A DNA stretch of 64,000 nt from contig CDROCS010005135.1 of assembly GCA_977020255.1 (NCBI GenBank), forward strand, positions 124,001-188,000. The letters run 5' to 3'. Position 1 is the first letter of the stretch; every line of letters starts with the position of its first letter. A program made the translations under genes and the position numbers. The notes under the pieces are model-generated. The model was not told the origin of the DNA, ran no database searches, and saw only the letters and a program-made list of their open reading frames with translations. The DNA comes from Obrimoposthia wandeli (lineage: Eukaryota). Shown here piece after piece: positions 55,043 to 64,000 of this stretch.

Positions 55043-56287
55043 TTAGTGACTTAATTTCTGTTTTAGTAAATCAAACATTTCCTCGTTTCTATCACCTTCA
55101 GCACAAACACTTAACAGATCATCAATGAAATGACACAGTGCACGGTGTTCAATCTGCTTGATAGATGCTTGTTGTGTATCAGTTAACATGTGATACATGC
55201 TCGCCGCCCCGAAATCGCCAAAAATGATATTCGCTTCTTCATCATAAAGGGTGTTATGTGCGTATAAGTCGCCATGGCAGACCTGATTTAAATGCAAATG
55301 AACAAAAACCTCTTCCATCTGCTTAACGATTTTATCGATATGTTCAACCGACAAGGTGAAGTCTGGTGAAAAAGTATCTCGCGTACAGCTATTAAAGCAG
55401 GGTGGTAGCCCTAAGTTGCGGAAGTGAGAAGGGATTAAATTCATGATTAAGGCTAAATAACCGTCTTCATTCACTTGTGCTAAAGACTGCACGACATTGG
55501 GGTGGTTACCGACTTTTAAGCAGGCTTGTAATTCATCATCAGGATAACCATCGCTTGTTACTTCGCCTTTAAACACTTTAACGGCAATATCTTCAGGGAA
55601 GTCTGTTTGCTTTTTATTCTTCCACGTCGCTTTAGAAATAACGCCTGATGCGCCTTGCCCTAAAACGTCTTGTAAGGTGAAGCTGGAAGATGGCAATACA
55701 GGCACTGATTGAATTGCGCTATTTGTTTGGCTAAACGGGTTACCCGCAAAGGCAAACCAAGCAAGCCTAGGCAGTGAAAGCAGTTGCTCTGGGCATTTCG
55801 TTAGTTGGTTGGCAGAAATGCGAACTAACTCTAGGTTGTCTAATTGCGACATTGACTGAGGTAGGTGTGTTAAACAGTTACCTGCTAACGCTAATTTCTG
55901 TAAGCGTGGGCGTTCACCTAACGAATCCGGTAACGTTTTGATTTGGTTATCGGTCAAAATAAGCCAGCGTAACTGAGTTGGTAAAGAATGCGCTGGAACT
56001 GAATGTATTTTATTCGCCTTGAAACCGACCATCTCTAAATGGGGTAACTGACCGAGTACTTCAGGCAGTATTTCAAATTGGTTATTCGAGGCAAAGATAA
56101 TTTTAAGCTTCTTAAGCTGTACTAATTCTTGCGGTAAAGAGGTTAATTGGTTGTTGGATAAATCAAGGATTTCTAAGCTATCAGCCAGAGATAAAATTTC
56201 TAGTGGGAATGACGTTAAATTTTCTGACAATTTTAAGCGCTGAATACCGGCTAGTTCGCCAGATTTTAGCTGAGAAAGAGTATGCAA
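55043..56287 (-). CDS. Leucine-rich-repeat protein with C-terminal protein-kinase-like domain
   Basis: Several LxxLxLxxNxL repeats, then LGQGASG, IAVKVFK, HGDLYAHN and GDFG; probable TTG start at 56287. Confidence 0.88.
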   Translation of the reverse strand: MHTLSQLKSGELAGIQRLKLSENLTSFPLEILSLADSLEILDLSNNQLTSLPQELVQLKKLKIIFASNNQFEILPEVLGQLPHLEMVGFKANKIHSVPAHSLPTQLRWLILTDNQIKTLPDSLGERPRLQKLALAGNCLTHLPQSMSQLDNLELVRISANQLTKCPEQLLSLPRLAWFAFAGNPFSQTNSAIQSVPVLPSSSFTLQDVLGQGASGVISKATWKNKKQTDFPEDIAVKVFKGEVTSDGYPDDELQACLKVGNHPNVVQSLAQVNEDGYLALIMNLIPSHFRNLGLPPCFNSCTRDTFSPDFTLSVEHIDKIVKQMEEVFVHLHLNQVCHGDLYAHNTLYDEEANIIFGDFGAASMYHMLTDTQQASIKQIEHRALCHFIDDLLSVCAEGDRNEEMFDLLKQKLSH

Positions 56288-56439
56288 AATGATGAATCCA
56301 TGATGAGAGTGATACAAAACAGCAAAATAGTTTACAAGAAAGTTGGAATAAAAGGAAAAGGGAGAAGCGGGATAAGTACACAAGATATGTTCAATTAGAT
56401 ACTAATTAAACGTATTAATTAATAAATATGTCTGTAGCT

Positions 56440-56469
56440 TTGCATTATCCCGCAGGCGTTTGTTATAGT
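56440..56469 (+). promoter_or_regulatory. Candidate thrS promoter
   Basis: TTGCAT-18 bp-TATAGT with an extended -10 TG. Confidence 0.55.
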
Positions 56470-56573
56470 TCGCCTTCGTTTGTACCCCCGAGTGCTGCTC
56501 AGTATTGCGGAACCGGCTTACAAACTTTCGAAATTTTCATCAAAGCTTCTCTAAGCTTTATTTAATTCAACAT

Positions 56574-56594
56574 GTGCTACTTGGTATGTGGCAC
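56574..56594 (+). promoter_or_regulatory. thrS translational operator, tRNA-Thr anticodon-arm mimic
   Basis: GTGCTAC-TTGGTAT-GTGGCAC: 7-bp stem and 7-nt loop with a central GGT (Thr anticodon), followed by CACTG and the SD. Confidence 0.8.
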
Positions 56595-56613
56595 CACTGT
56601 GAAGGACATTTTA

Positions 56614-58542
56614 ATGCCTGTAATTACTCTTCCTGACGGTAGTCAACGTCAATTCGATAACGCTGTTTCAACAATGGATGTTGCTGCTGACATCGGTCCT
56701 GGTCTTGCGAAAGCATGTATCGCTGGCCGTGTTAATGGCGAACGTGTTGATGCGTGCGATTTAATTGAAAACGATGCAAGCCTAGCAATCATCACAGCTA
56801 AAGACGAAGACGGTCTGGAAATTATCCGTCACTCTTGTGCTCACCTACTAGGTCACGCAATCAAGCAACTTTATCCTGACGCGAAAATGGCGATTGGTCC
56901 AACAATCGACAATGGCTTCTACTACGATATCGACCTTGAGCAATCTTTAACACAAGACGACGTTGATGCGATTGAAAAGCGCATGAAAGAGCTTGTGAAA
57001 ACAAAGTATGCCGTTGTTAAGAAGAAAGTAAGCTGGCAGGAAGCGCGTGATGCATTTGAAGCGCGTGGCGAGACTTACAAAATTGAAATCCTAGACGAGA
57101 ATGTTTCCCGTGACGATCGTCCAGGTTTATACCACCACGAAGAATACATCGATATGTGTCGTGGTCCTCACGTTCCTAACATGAGCTTCTGCCAGCACTT
57201 TAAACTATTAAGTGTTGCTGGTGCTTACTGGCGTGGTAATAGCGACAATAAGATGCTGCAACGTATCTACGGTACTGCTTTCCAAGATAAGAAGTTGCTA
57301 AAAGCGCACCTTACACGTCTAGAAGAAGCATCAAAGCGTGACCACCGTAAGATTGGTAAGCACCTTGATCTGTTCCACATGCAGCAAGAAGCGCCGGGTA
57401 TGGTTTTCTGGCACCACAATGGCTGGACAATCTTCCGTGAGCTAGAAGTATTTATTCGTGAAAAGCTAACGGAATATGAGTACCAAGAAGTGAAAGGTCC
57501 ATTAATGATGGATCGCGTTCTTTGGGAACGTTCTGGTCACTGGGACAAATACGCTGAAGCAATGTTCACAACAAGTTCAGAGAACCGTGAATACGCTATC
57601 AAGCCAATGAACTGCCCAGGTCACGTACAAATCTTCAACCAAGGTTTGAAGTCGTACCGTGATTTACCATTACGTATGGCAGAGTTTGGTGCATGTCACC
57701 GTAACGAGCCATCAGGTGCTCTTCATGGCATAATGCGTGTTCGTGGATTCACTCAAGATGATGCACACGTTTTTTGTACTGAAAACCAAGTGCAACAAGA
57801 AGTTACTTCTTGTATTAAAATGGTGTATGATACGTATCAGACATTTGGCTTCGACAACATTGTTGTTAAGCTTTCTACACGTCCTGAAAAACGTGTAGGC
57901 TCTGATGAAATGTGGGATAAAGCTGAATCTGACCTAACAGTCGCACTTGAATCAATGGACATTCCATTTGAAATTCAAGAAGGCGAAGGTGCATTCTACG
58001 GTCCTAAGATCGAGTTCACACTTCATGACTGTCTAGATCGTGCATGGCAGTGTGGTACTGTTCAGCTAGATTTTGCATTACCAGAGCGTTTAGGTGCAAC
58101 ATATGTGGGTGAAGACAACGAACGTCATACCCCAGTTATGATTCACCGTGCTATTCTTGGTTCACTAGAGCGTTTCATCGGTATTCTTATCGAAGAATAT
58201 GCGGGCTTCTTCCCTACTTGGTTGTCGCCTCAGCAAGCTGTAGTGATGAACATTACTGACAGTCAGTCAGAATATGCAAAAGAAATAGTAAAAAAATTGC
58301 AAAAATGTGGAATTAGAGTCAATGCGGACTTGAGAAATGAGAAGATTGGCTTTAAAATCCGCGAACATACTTTGAAGCGAGTGCCTTACATGCTTGTCTG
58401 TGGCGACAAAGAAGTCGAAGCAGGCGAAATAGCAGTTCGTACTCGCAAGGGTAAAGATTTGGGTAAACTTAAGATTGATGAACTTGTTGCATTCTTGCAG
58501 CAAGAAATTAGCAGTCGCAAGCTCAATGTTTTGGAGGACTAA
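56614..58542 (+). CDS. thrS: Threonine--tRNA ligase
   Basis: [10 protein letters not shown] start with RBS AAGGA; [19 protein letters not shown]; 642 aa. Confidence 0.98.
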   Translation: MPVITLPDGSQRQFDNAVSTMDVAADIGPGLAKACIAGRVNGERVDACDLIENDASLAIITAKDEDGLEIIRHSCAHLLGHAIKQLYPDAKMAIGPTIDNGFYYDIDLEQSLTQDDVDAIEKRMKELVKTKYAVVKKKVSWQEARDAFEARGETYKIEILDENVSRDDRPGLYHHEEYIDMCRGPHVPNMSFCQHFKLLSVAGAYWRGNSDNKMLQRIYGTAFQDKKLLKAHLTRLEEASKRDHRKIGKHLDLFHMQQEAPGMVFWHHNGWTIFRELEVFIREKLTEYEYQEVKGPLMMDRVLWERSGHWDKYAEAMFTTSSENREYAIKPMNCPGHVQIFNQGLKSYRDLPLRMAEFGACHRNEPSGALHGIMRVRGFTQDDAHVFCTENQVQQEVTSCIKMVYDTYQTFGFDNIVVKLSTRPEKRVGSDEMWDKAESDLTVALESMDIPFEIQEGEGAFYGPKIEFTLHDCLDRAWQCGTVQLDFALPERLGATYVGEDNERHTPVMIHRAILGSLERFIGILIEEYAGFFPTWLSPQQAVVMNITDSQSEYAKEIVKKLQKCGIRVNADLRNEKIGFKIREHTLKRVPYMLVCGDKEVEAGEIAVRTRKGKDLGKLKIDELVAFLQQEISSRKLNVLED

Positions 58543-58545
58543 GGT

Positions 58546-59097
58546 ATTAAAGGCGGAAAAAGAACTCAAGCACCAGTTAAACAAAATGCACACCGTTTAA
58601 ACGGTGAAATTCACGGCGTTAGTGAAGTTCGTTTAACAGGTATAGATGGCGAGTCCATCGGTGTTGTATCTTTTGAAGAAGCAACTCGCATTGCTAATGA
58701 TGCAGGTGTGGATTTAGTTGAAATCAGCCCAAATGCCGAGCCACCAGTTTGTCGCGTGATGGACTATGGCAAGTACCTGTTCGAAAAGAGCAAGGCTGCT
58801 AAAGAGCAAAAGAAAAAGCAGAAACAAATCCAGATCAAGGAAGTTAAATTCCGACCTGGTACAGACGAAGGCGACTATCAGGTAAAACTACGCAACCTGA
58901 TTCGCTTTTTAGAAGAGGGCAACAAGGGTAAAGTCACACTACGTTTCCGTGGTCGTGAAATGGCCCATCAGAATCTTGGTATTGATCTTTTGAATCGTAT
59001 TAAGGCAGAACTTGAAGACCTAGCGGTCTGCGAGAGCTTCCCTAACCGAGTTGAAGGTCGCCAAATGACTATGATGCTTGCTCCAAAAAAGAAGTAA
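58546..59097 (+). CDS. infC: Translation initiation factor IF-3 (ATT start codon)
   Basis: GGAGGACTAAGGT-ATT-AAAGGCGGAAAA; in frame with the ORF-track fragment at 58708; 183 aa. Confidence 0.96.
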   Translation: MKGGKRTQAPVKQNAHRLNGEIHGVSEVRLTGIDGESIGVVSFEEATRIANDAGVDLVEISPNAEPPVCRVMDYGKYLFEKSKAAKEQKKKQKQIQIKEVKFRPGTDEGDYQVKLRNLIRFLEEGNKGKVTLRFRGREMAHQNLGIDLLNRIKAELEDLAVCESFPNRVEGRQMTMMLAPKKK

Positions 59098-59192
59098 TTA
59101 CGGCATTAAAGTAGCTAAAAGCGCTGCTCCGGCAGGGCTTTTGTTCGCCTGATTACTATGATTATTAACTATCAACAATGCGGAGTCTCATC

Positions 59193-59387
59193 ATGCCTAA
59201 GATGAAATCCAACAAGGGCGCTTCTAAGCGCTTTAAGAAAACTGCTGGTGGCTTTAAGTTTAAGCACGCTACAAAACGTCACATCCTGACTAAACGTACT
59301 ACTAAGAACAAACGTCAGCTTCGTCCAAATGCAATCCTTGCCAAGTGTGAAGTGGCTGCAGTTGCTCGTATGCTTCCGTTCGCTTAA
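59193..59387 (+). CDS. rpmI: 50S ribosomal protein L35
   Basis: [17 protein letters not shown]; 64 aa. Confidence 0.97.
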   Translation: MPKMKSNKGASKRFKKTAGGFKFKHATKRHILTKRTTKNKRQLRPNAILAKCEVAAVARMLPFA

Positions 59388-59431
59388 TCGTTTTTAGTTT
59401 TATTTTTTAATTTATTAGTTAGGAGTCTCCT

Positions 59432-59785
59432 ATGCCTCGCGTAAAACGTGGTGTACAAGCGCGTGCACGTCACAAGAAAGTTCTTAAACAAGCTAAAGGT
59501 TATTACGGAGCACGTTCACGTGTTTACCGCGTAGCTTTCCAAGCTGTTACTAAAGCTGGTCAATATGCTTACCGTGACCGTCGTCAGAAGAAACGTACTT
59601 TCCGTGCTCTTTGGATTGCTCGTATCAACGCTGCTGCACGTCAAAATGGTTTATCTTACAGCCGTCTAATCAACGGTCTTAAGAAAGCGTCTATCGAAAT
59701 CGATCGTAAGATCCTTGCTGATATCGCTGTATTTGACAAAGCTACTTTCACAGTACTTGTTGAAAAAGCAAAAGCTGCACTGTAA
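59432..59785 (+). CDS. rplT: 50S ribosomal protein L20
   Basis: [16 protein letters not shown]...WIARINAA. Confidence 0.98.
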   Translation: MPRVKRGVQARARHKKVLKQAKGYYGARSRVYRVAFQAVTKAGQYAYRDRRQKKRTFRALWIARINAAARQNGLSYSRLINGLKKASIEIDRKILADIAVFDKATFTVLVEKAKAAL

Positions 59786-59804
59786 TACAGTTTAGTTTTA
59801 AGTG

Positions 59805-59832
59805 AAAAGGAGAGCCTTGGCTCTCCTTTTTT
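59805..59832. terminator. Bidirectional terminator after rplT
   Basis: AAAAGGAGAGCC/GGCTCTCCTTTT stem. Confidence 0.85.
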
Positions 59833-59866
59833 CATATCTGCCGTTTAATCTTTTCTCACTTCTCAC

Positions 59867-60820
59867 TTAATGCACCAACAATTCTTCTCCTTGTATCTTT
59901 CGCAGCACTAAATCTTCTTTAAGGTAATCAAAGCACAGTTCTCTGAACCATTGATGCTCCGGATCGTGTATATGCTTACTGTGCCAAAGCAGGTAATAAC
60001 TGTGTGGAGGTAAGTGGAAAGGAAGAGATAACAAGCTTAACTGGTATTGTTCAGCATACTGCGCGGCAATATGGAGTGGTACTGTGGCTATGGCTGGTGT
60101 GTGTTGTAATGTTGCAAAAGCCATCTCAAAGCTCGGTACGATCGCAAAAACATCGCGTGTCTTGTCCTGTTGAGATAACACGCTATCGACTTCACGATGT
60201 GGATCGACAATGCCATTCACTAAAATATGTTTAGCACTGGTGTAACGCTCAATAGTCATTGTTTGTTGAGTGTTAGACTGGGTGTGACAACAGACCACGA
60301 CATAATGATCGTCGATGATTTTCTTTCCGTGTAAATTATCAGGTACTGATAATGCAGTAGTGGCAATAAGATCAAATGGTTGTTTAGCCAAGTTATCTAA
60401 AGGCTGATTTTGCCATAAAGTGCAGTTGATACCTGCTTGTGGGGCGAGGGTAGCGATTTTCTTACATAAATGAGGAATCATCGTCGGGGACACAAAGGCA
60501 CTGTAAGAAAGGGAGAACTGGCGCTGACTGTGAGCGAGTACAAAAGCTTGAGGAAAGTACAGCGCATCAAGTTGCTGCAGTAAATCGGGAAGCTGCTGTT
60601 TAAGCTGAATTCCTCTTTGCGTTAATATATACGTGTTTCCTTCGCGGACTAAAATAGGGTCGTGAAAGGTATCCCGAATATGCTTGAGTGTTTTACTCAT
60701 CGCAGATTGCGTGACATTGAGATTATCGGCTGATTCTGTCACGCTCTGCGTTTCTAACAATGATGCCAAGGCTGGTAATAGTTTGTAGTTGTACACAGTG
60801 ATCATCCCTGATGGAGCCAT
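59867..60820 (-). CDS. LysR-family transcriptional regulator
   Basis: N-terminal HTH (SVTESADNLNVTQSAMSKTL, DPILVR) plus substrate-binding domain ending PEHQWFR. Confidence 0.88.
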   Translation of the reverse strand: MAPSGMITVYNYKLLPALASLLETQSVTESADNLNVTQSAMSKTLKHIRDTFHDPILVREGNTYILTQRGIQLKQQLPDLLQQLDALYFPQAFVLAHSQRQFSLSYSAFVSPTMIPHLCKKIATLAPQAGINCTLWQNQPLDNLAKQPFDLIATTALSVPDNLHGKKIIDDHYVVVCCHTQSNTQQTMTIERYTSAKHILVNGIVDPHREVDSVLSQQDKTRDVFAIVPSFEMAFATLQHTPAIATVPLHIAAQYAEQYQLSLLSLPFHLPPHSYYLLWHSKHIHDPEHQWFRELCFDYLKEDLVLRKIQGEELLVH

Positions 60821-60849
60821 AAGCTCATCCTAGCACCTCTTTGACTATC

Positions 60850-61332
60850 TTAAAGTTGTTTTAACATCCACACATCACATCCGTTATGTTCGGTTCCTGC
60901 CATAGGCGCTTGAAGGTGTGTGAAGCCTAATCTTTCGTATAAATGTACAGCCGATTGCATGTTTGTGAGGGTATCAAGGTAACATTCAGTGAAACCTTTT
61001 GTTTTGGCATAGTCCAAACATTTAATGGATAACGTCTTGCCCAACCCTAGCCCACGGGCTTCCGGTAACAGAAACAACTTTTTTAGTTCGCAGGTGGTTT
61101 CGCTGCTATTAAATGGTGCTACACCGCATCCGCCTACAAGCTTACCATCAGCTAAAGCGACCAAATACAGACTGCTTGCCTCGTTATGATAAAAGCAACT
61201 CATCGATAAGACCTCTGCATCTGATGGACCGAATCCTTCACCAACTGCACCAAATTCAGCGCCTACATGTTTAATCACATCACAAAGCGCGGCATCATAT
61301 TCCGACGTTACAGGTATTACATCTACTTTCAT
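60850..61332 (-). CDS. GNAT N-acetyltransferase
   Basis: ELKKLFLLPEARGLGLG, CYLDT and AVHLYERLGF motifs. Confidence 0.9.
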   Translation of the reverse strand: MKVDVIPVTSEYDAALCDVIKHVGAEFGAVGEGFGPSDAEVLSMSCFYHNEASSLYLVALADGKLVGGCGVAPFNSSETTCELKKLFLLPEARGLGLGKTLSIKCLDYAKTKGFTECYLDTLTNMQSAVHLYERLGFTHLQAPMAGTEHNGCDVWMLKQL

Positions 61333-61731
61333 GGCGTATTCCTATTGGTATCTAGATTAGGTTGTTGAGTGTCGCAAAGTGGCTTAATTGCATGCGGAGC
61401 AGCAACACTCCAATGTGGATAGATGAAAAAGGCTAATAAGTATTGCAATAAATGCATCGTAAATCCTCTTTTTTATTGAGGTTTGCCCTCTCTGTAATAA
61501 ACCAGTATTTAAACGCAGTTTATATATTCATCAACATGTTGGTTAATGTGGATTCACTATACAAAAGGTAAGTGCTTATCGAGAAATGGTATTAACGACT
61601 ACAAGGTATGACTTTTAGTGGTAGTGCGTAAAGTTCGCACCCTATGTGAAAACAGATTCCAGAGATGATGGCTTTATTGCAAAGTGAACATGAAAGAGGG
61701 CTAAGGAGACTTTTTTCATCCAATACTGCCA

Positions 61732-61831
61732 TTTTATTGCGATTCAGTTTGGATTTAGACGCGTGTTTCTTTACGCGAATTTATATCTCCCTTATGGACG
61801 CCACCTGTGGGTGGATGAGGAAACGATGCAA
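61732..61831 (+). repeat. Direct repeat copy 1 of the pheS 5' leader, RBS and first two codons
   Basis: Identical to 63776-63888 except for a 13-nt indel and one C/T change; ends GAGGAAACG-ATG-CAA. Confidence 0.95.
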
Positions 61832-61853
61832 GCCGGGCAAGAGCTCGGCTTTT
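61830..61853. terminator. Hairpin terminator at the islet boundary
   Basis: AAGCCGGGC-AAGA-GCTCGGCTT plus TT; downstream of the acyltransferase stop and immediately after repeat copy 1. Confidence 0.6.
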
Positions 61854-61923
61854 CGATCTATTATTGAGACTTTTTCGTTTTTCAAATGGTAATGAACTGG
61901 GCTGTGTACACAGGTGCAGCTCC

Positions 61924-63417
61924 CTAATAACTCGGGCTGACTTGCTCCTTGGTACTAGTATGTGCCATGTAGAGCCATTTCTGCAGGCCGAGAGTGATAC
62001 CAACAGAAAAAACAATGAGTACACTAAACGTAACAAACGGGCTGGATAGTACTGAAATAAACGGATTGGCCCCCTCTTGGTAGAGGCTTCTCAGCATCTC
62101 TAGTACACCGCTAGCAGAAAGGGCTAACCAATAGCCAGAGACTGCTGCTCCGACAATAATATGTTTGATAATCGGAATTGATTTGTGGTCTCTGACAGGA
62201 GCTAGCCATCGAACAAAACCGTAATAGACCATGCAACATATACAAACTGCAACAAACACTGTCATTGGGTTCTGGCTATTAAACAAGTTCTCGCCCTGGC
62301 CGTTTGTGAGATATATAAATAACAGCCAGAACGCACTGAGCACCATAGCGGATTCTCGGTAGGCGCTAAGGGTTTGCTTGCCAAAGCAACGTCGGAATAA
62401 ACTGCGGATGGCAAAATAGAAAGTAAGATTGACTGCAAGGGCGAGAGGAACCAGAAGTATTTGTAGGGTAAGATTGCTACTAACCACGGCTCTTACTTCG
62501 GGATCTGAAAAGACGCCCATGAACCAGAATACGGACATAACCATGCTGTTTAATACCCCATGGTTCAGGTAGATTTCACCACTGTGCTCCCCGATCTTAG
62601 CGAACCATGATGGTTTGTTTACTGGGGGAAGAGTCAGAGCCAGTGCGATGAAGGAGAGCGTGACAGGCAGAGTCATGATGTAATAGTCAGCGATGATCCC
62701 GCCGTGTCCTTTGATCAGCCATAAGCCTTCTGCCACCGACAAGCCTGAAAAAAGAACTGCTCCCAGCAGATATACCGGCCACGGAAGTTTTTTGATTAAA
62801 CTCACTGCATTGACTTTGGCCAGTTGGTATCCGAGGGTTACGTAGAAAAGACCAAAAAAGAGCGGGTCACGGGAATTGATAAAGAAGCTGTTTGTTTCCG
62901 AATTAAAAATCTCAAACGGAAGAAGTGGTTGATAAGACTGTCCGCTTAGTCCTATCAAGTGCAGCAGGCTGGCAATCACAAACAAGATAGTGCTGGCATT
63001 GAATTTTTTGGCGATAAATTGCAGTAGCACAGCAATTGTTAATGCTGGCATAAACCACATAATTTCAGAGCCGAAAGTACCGTGGTAGAACATCGCGGTA
63101 AATGAAAATGGACGCCAGAACTGATAGCCAATACCGACAAGTACAAAATAAATTAGGGTCCAGCTGAGATACATCCTGATCAGCTTGGCCAGATAGCGTT
63201 TGGTATAAGCGTCACTGTCAGTCATGCTTTGAAAATAATAAAGATAGCCTGCAACAACAAAGAAAAACGGTACCGCAAAACGTGCCAGAATATTGAGGCT
63301 AAGATAAATAGAATTGTGCTCAATACCGCCGTAAGAGTTAAATATTGAGTAATGAATGATAAATATTGCCACAATACCCAGTAATTTCAGGCTATCAAAT
63401 GCGTAAACTCTTTTCAT
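61924..63417 (-). CDS. Acyltransferase family 3 (membrane O-acyltransferase) with extra C-terminal TM region
   Basis: R..AFDSLK...AIFIIH, RFAVPFFFVVAGY, MWFMPAL, IGEHSGEIYLNH; ATG 63417 has RBS GGAG. Confidence 0.85.
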   Translation of the reverse strand: MKRVYAFDSLKLLGIVAIFIIHYSIFNSYGGIEHNSIYLSLNILARFAVPFFFVVAGYLYYFQSMTDSDAYTKRYLAKLIRMYLSWTLIYFVLVGIGYQFWRPFSFTAMFYHGTFGSEIMWFMPALTIAVLLQFIAKKFNASTILFVIASLLHLIGLSGQSYQPLLPFEIFNSETNSFFINSRDPLFFGLFYVTLGYQLAKVNAVSLIKKLPWPVYLLGAVLFSGLSVAEGLWLIKGHGGIIADYYIMTLPVTLSFIALALTLPPVNKPSWFAKIGEHSGEIYLNHGVLNSMVMSVFWFMGVFSDPEVRAVVSSNLTLQILLVPLALAVNLTFYFAIRSLFRRCFGKQTLSAYRESAMVLSAFWLLFIYLTNGQGENLFNSQNPMTVFVAVCICCMVYYGFVRWLAPVRDHKSIPIIKHIIVGAAVSGYWLALSASGVLEMLRSLYQEGANPFISVLSSPFVTFSVLIVFSVGITLGLQKWLYMAHTSTKEQVSPSY

Positions 63418-63775
63418 TTTATCTCCGATAAATAGGTTCATCTAAGTTGTACAGAAAGGTCGATTTGACATTATTGAGTCCGCATATCCTGACTTGAATA
63501 AAAAGGACACCGTGATCATCTGGGCTGGAATATAGATAAATCATGGCAAGGTGTATCTCTGCAATGTTTGCGTCACAGTCAATAAGGCCGTGGTTTCATA
63601 TTAAATACTATCATTAATATCTTGCTGTTCATGTTCAAGCGGTATGTAGACATTTCATAACGTTTCATCACTCTGCGCGAGTGATTACTCGATTGTTATT
63701 GTGTTATACCCAATGAGAGAAGTATTTGGCTGGTTCACAACAACAAAGCGGCATTATTTTTGTTCAATTCCCTCT

Positions 63776-63888
63776 TTTTATTGCGATTCAGTTTGGATTT
63801 AGACGCGTGTTTCTTTAGTATGTATCGCTACGCGAATTTATATCTCCCTTATGGACGCCACCTGTGGGTGGATGAGGAAATGATGCAA
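63776..63888 (+). repeat. Direct repeat copy 2 (functional pheS leader)
   Basis: Same sequence as 61732-61831 with an extra GTATGTATCGCTA; continues into the intact pheS frame. Confidence 0.95.
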
Positions 63889-64000
63889 CAACTAGACGAG
63901 ATCCTAGCCAACGCAACGACAGCGATTGAAACCGCTGATTCGTTAGTCGCACTTGATGAAGTGCGTGTTCAGTACTTAGGTAAAAAAGGCGAATTAACTT
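63883..64000 (+). CDS. pheS: Phenylalanine--tRNA ligase alpha subunit (5' part; runs off the right edge)
   Basis: Not in the ORF track. [38 protein letters not shown]; RBS GAGG; expected position after rplT. Confidence 0.95.
   Translation, partial: MQQLDEILANATTAIETADSLVALDEVRVQYLGKKGELT

Noticed and set aside
56572-56613. N-terminal extensions called by the ORF track (thrS 56572, rlmI 25098, tusE 27387, hutG 52313, LRR kinase 56383, rpmI 59178)
   Set aside because: Downstream starts have RBSs and give family-typical lengths; the thrS extension is actually the operator RNA.
1826-62049. Numerous 60-160 aa ORF-track entries overlapping or antisense to real genes (e.g. 2748-3215, 44585-45064, 36985-37374, 49808-50161, 61755-62036)
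   Set aside because: Shadow frames of well-supported genes with no family motifs.
63712-63801. 29-codon [11 protein letters not shown]... as a pheM leader peptide
   Set aside because: The Phe codons are scattered rather than clustered, and no attenuator terminator follows.

Overview
AT-rich marine gammaproteobacterial chromosome segment. Gene order (rlmI-MCP-acyP-tusE-yccA-aapPMQJ-tRNA-Ser; norM-ribC-yniC-yniA-hutHUGIC-thrS-infC-rpmI-rplT-pheS) resembles Vibrionaceae, possibly Photobacterium-like; this assignment is inference. Accessory blocks: (1) 1-9 kb, an apparently complete wax-ester synthesis, storage and mobilisation cluster (CoA transferase, phasin-like protein, WS/DGAT, ACBP, two-domain acyl-CoA reductase, GMC dehydrogenase, lipase) with a candidate FadR box. 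(2) 9-14 kb, an arsenate-resistance cluster led by an ArsC-ArsR fusion whose ArsR half has no cysteine, with twin 20-bp operators, a CX5R phosphatase, GAPDH, ArsJ and a HAD phosphatase. (3) A 263-bp MITE with ERIC-like ends. (4) Three chitinolytic enzymes and a large di-heme peroxidase with a C-terminal Ig-like module. (5) Structured tRNA-linked repeats after tRNA-Ser(TGA). (6) An LRR-protein kinase. (7) A 2-kb acyltransferase islet bounded by a ~100-bp direct duplication of the pheS 5' leader and start codon. No CRISPR array, rRNA, integrase or transposase was seen. All homology calls are by motif recognition, not database search.
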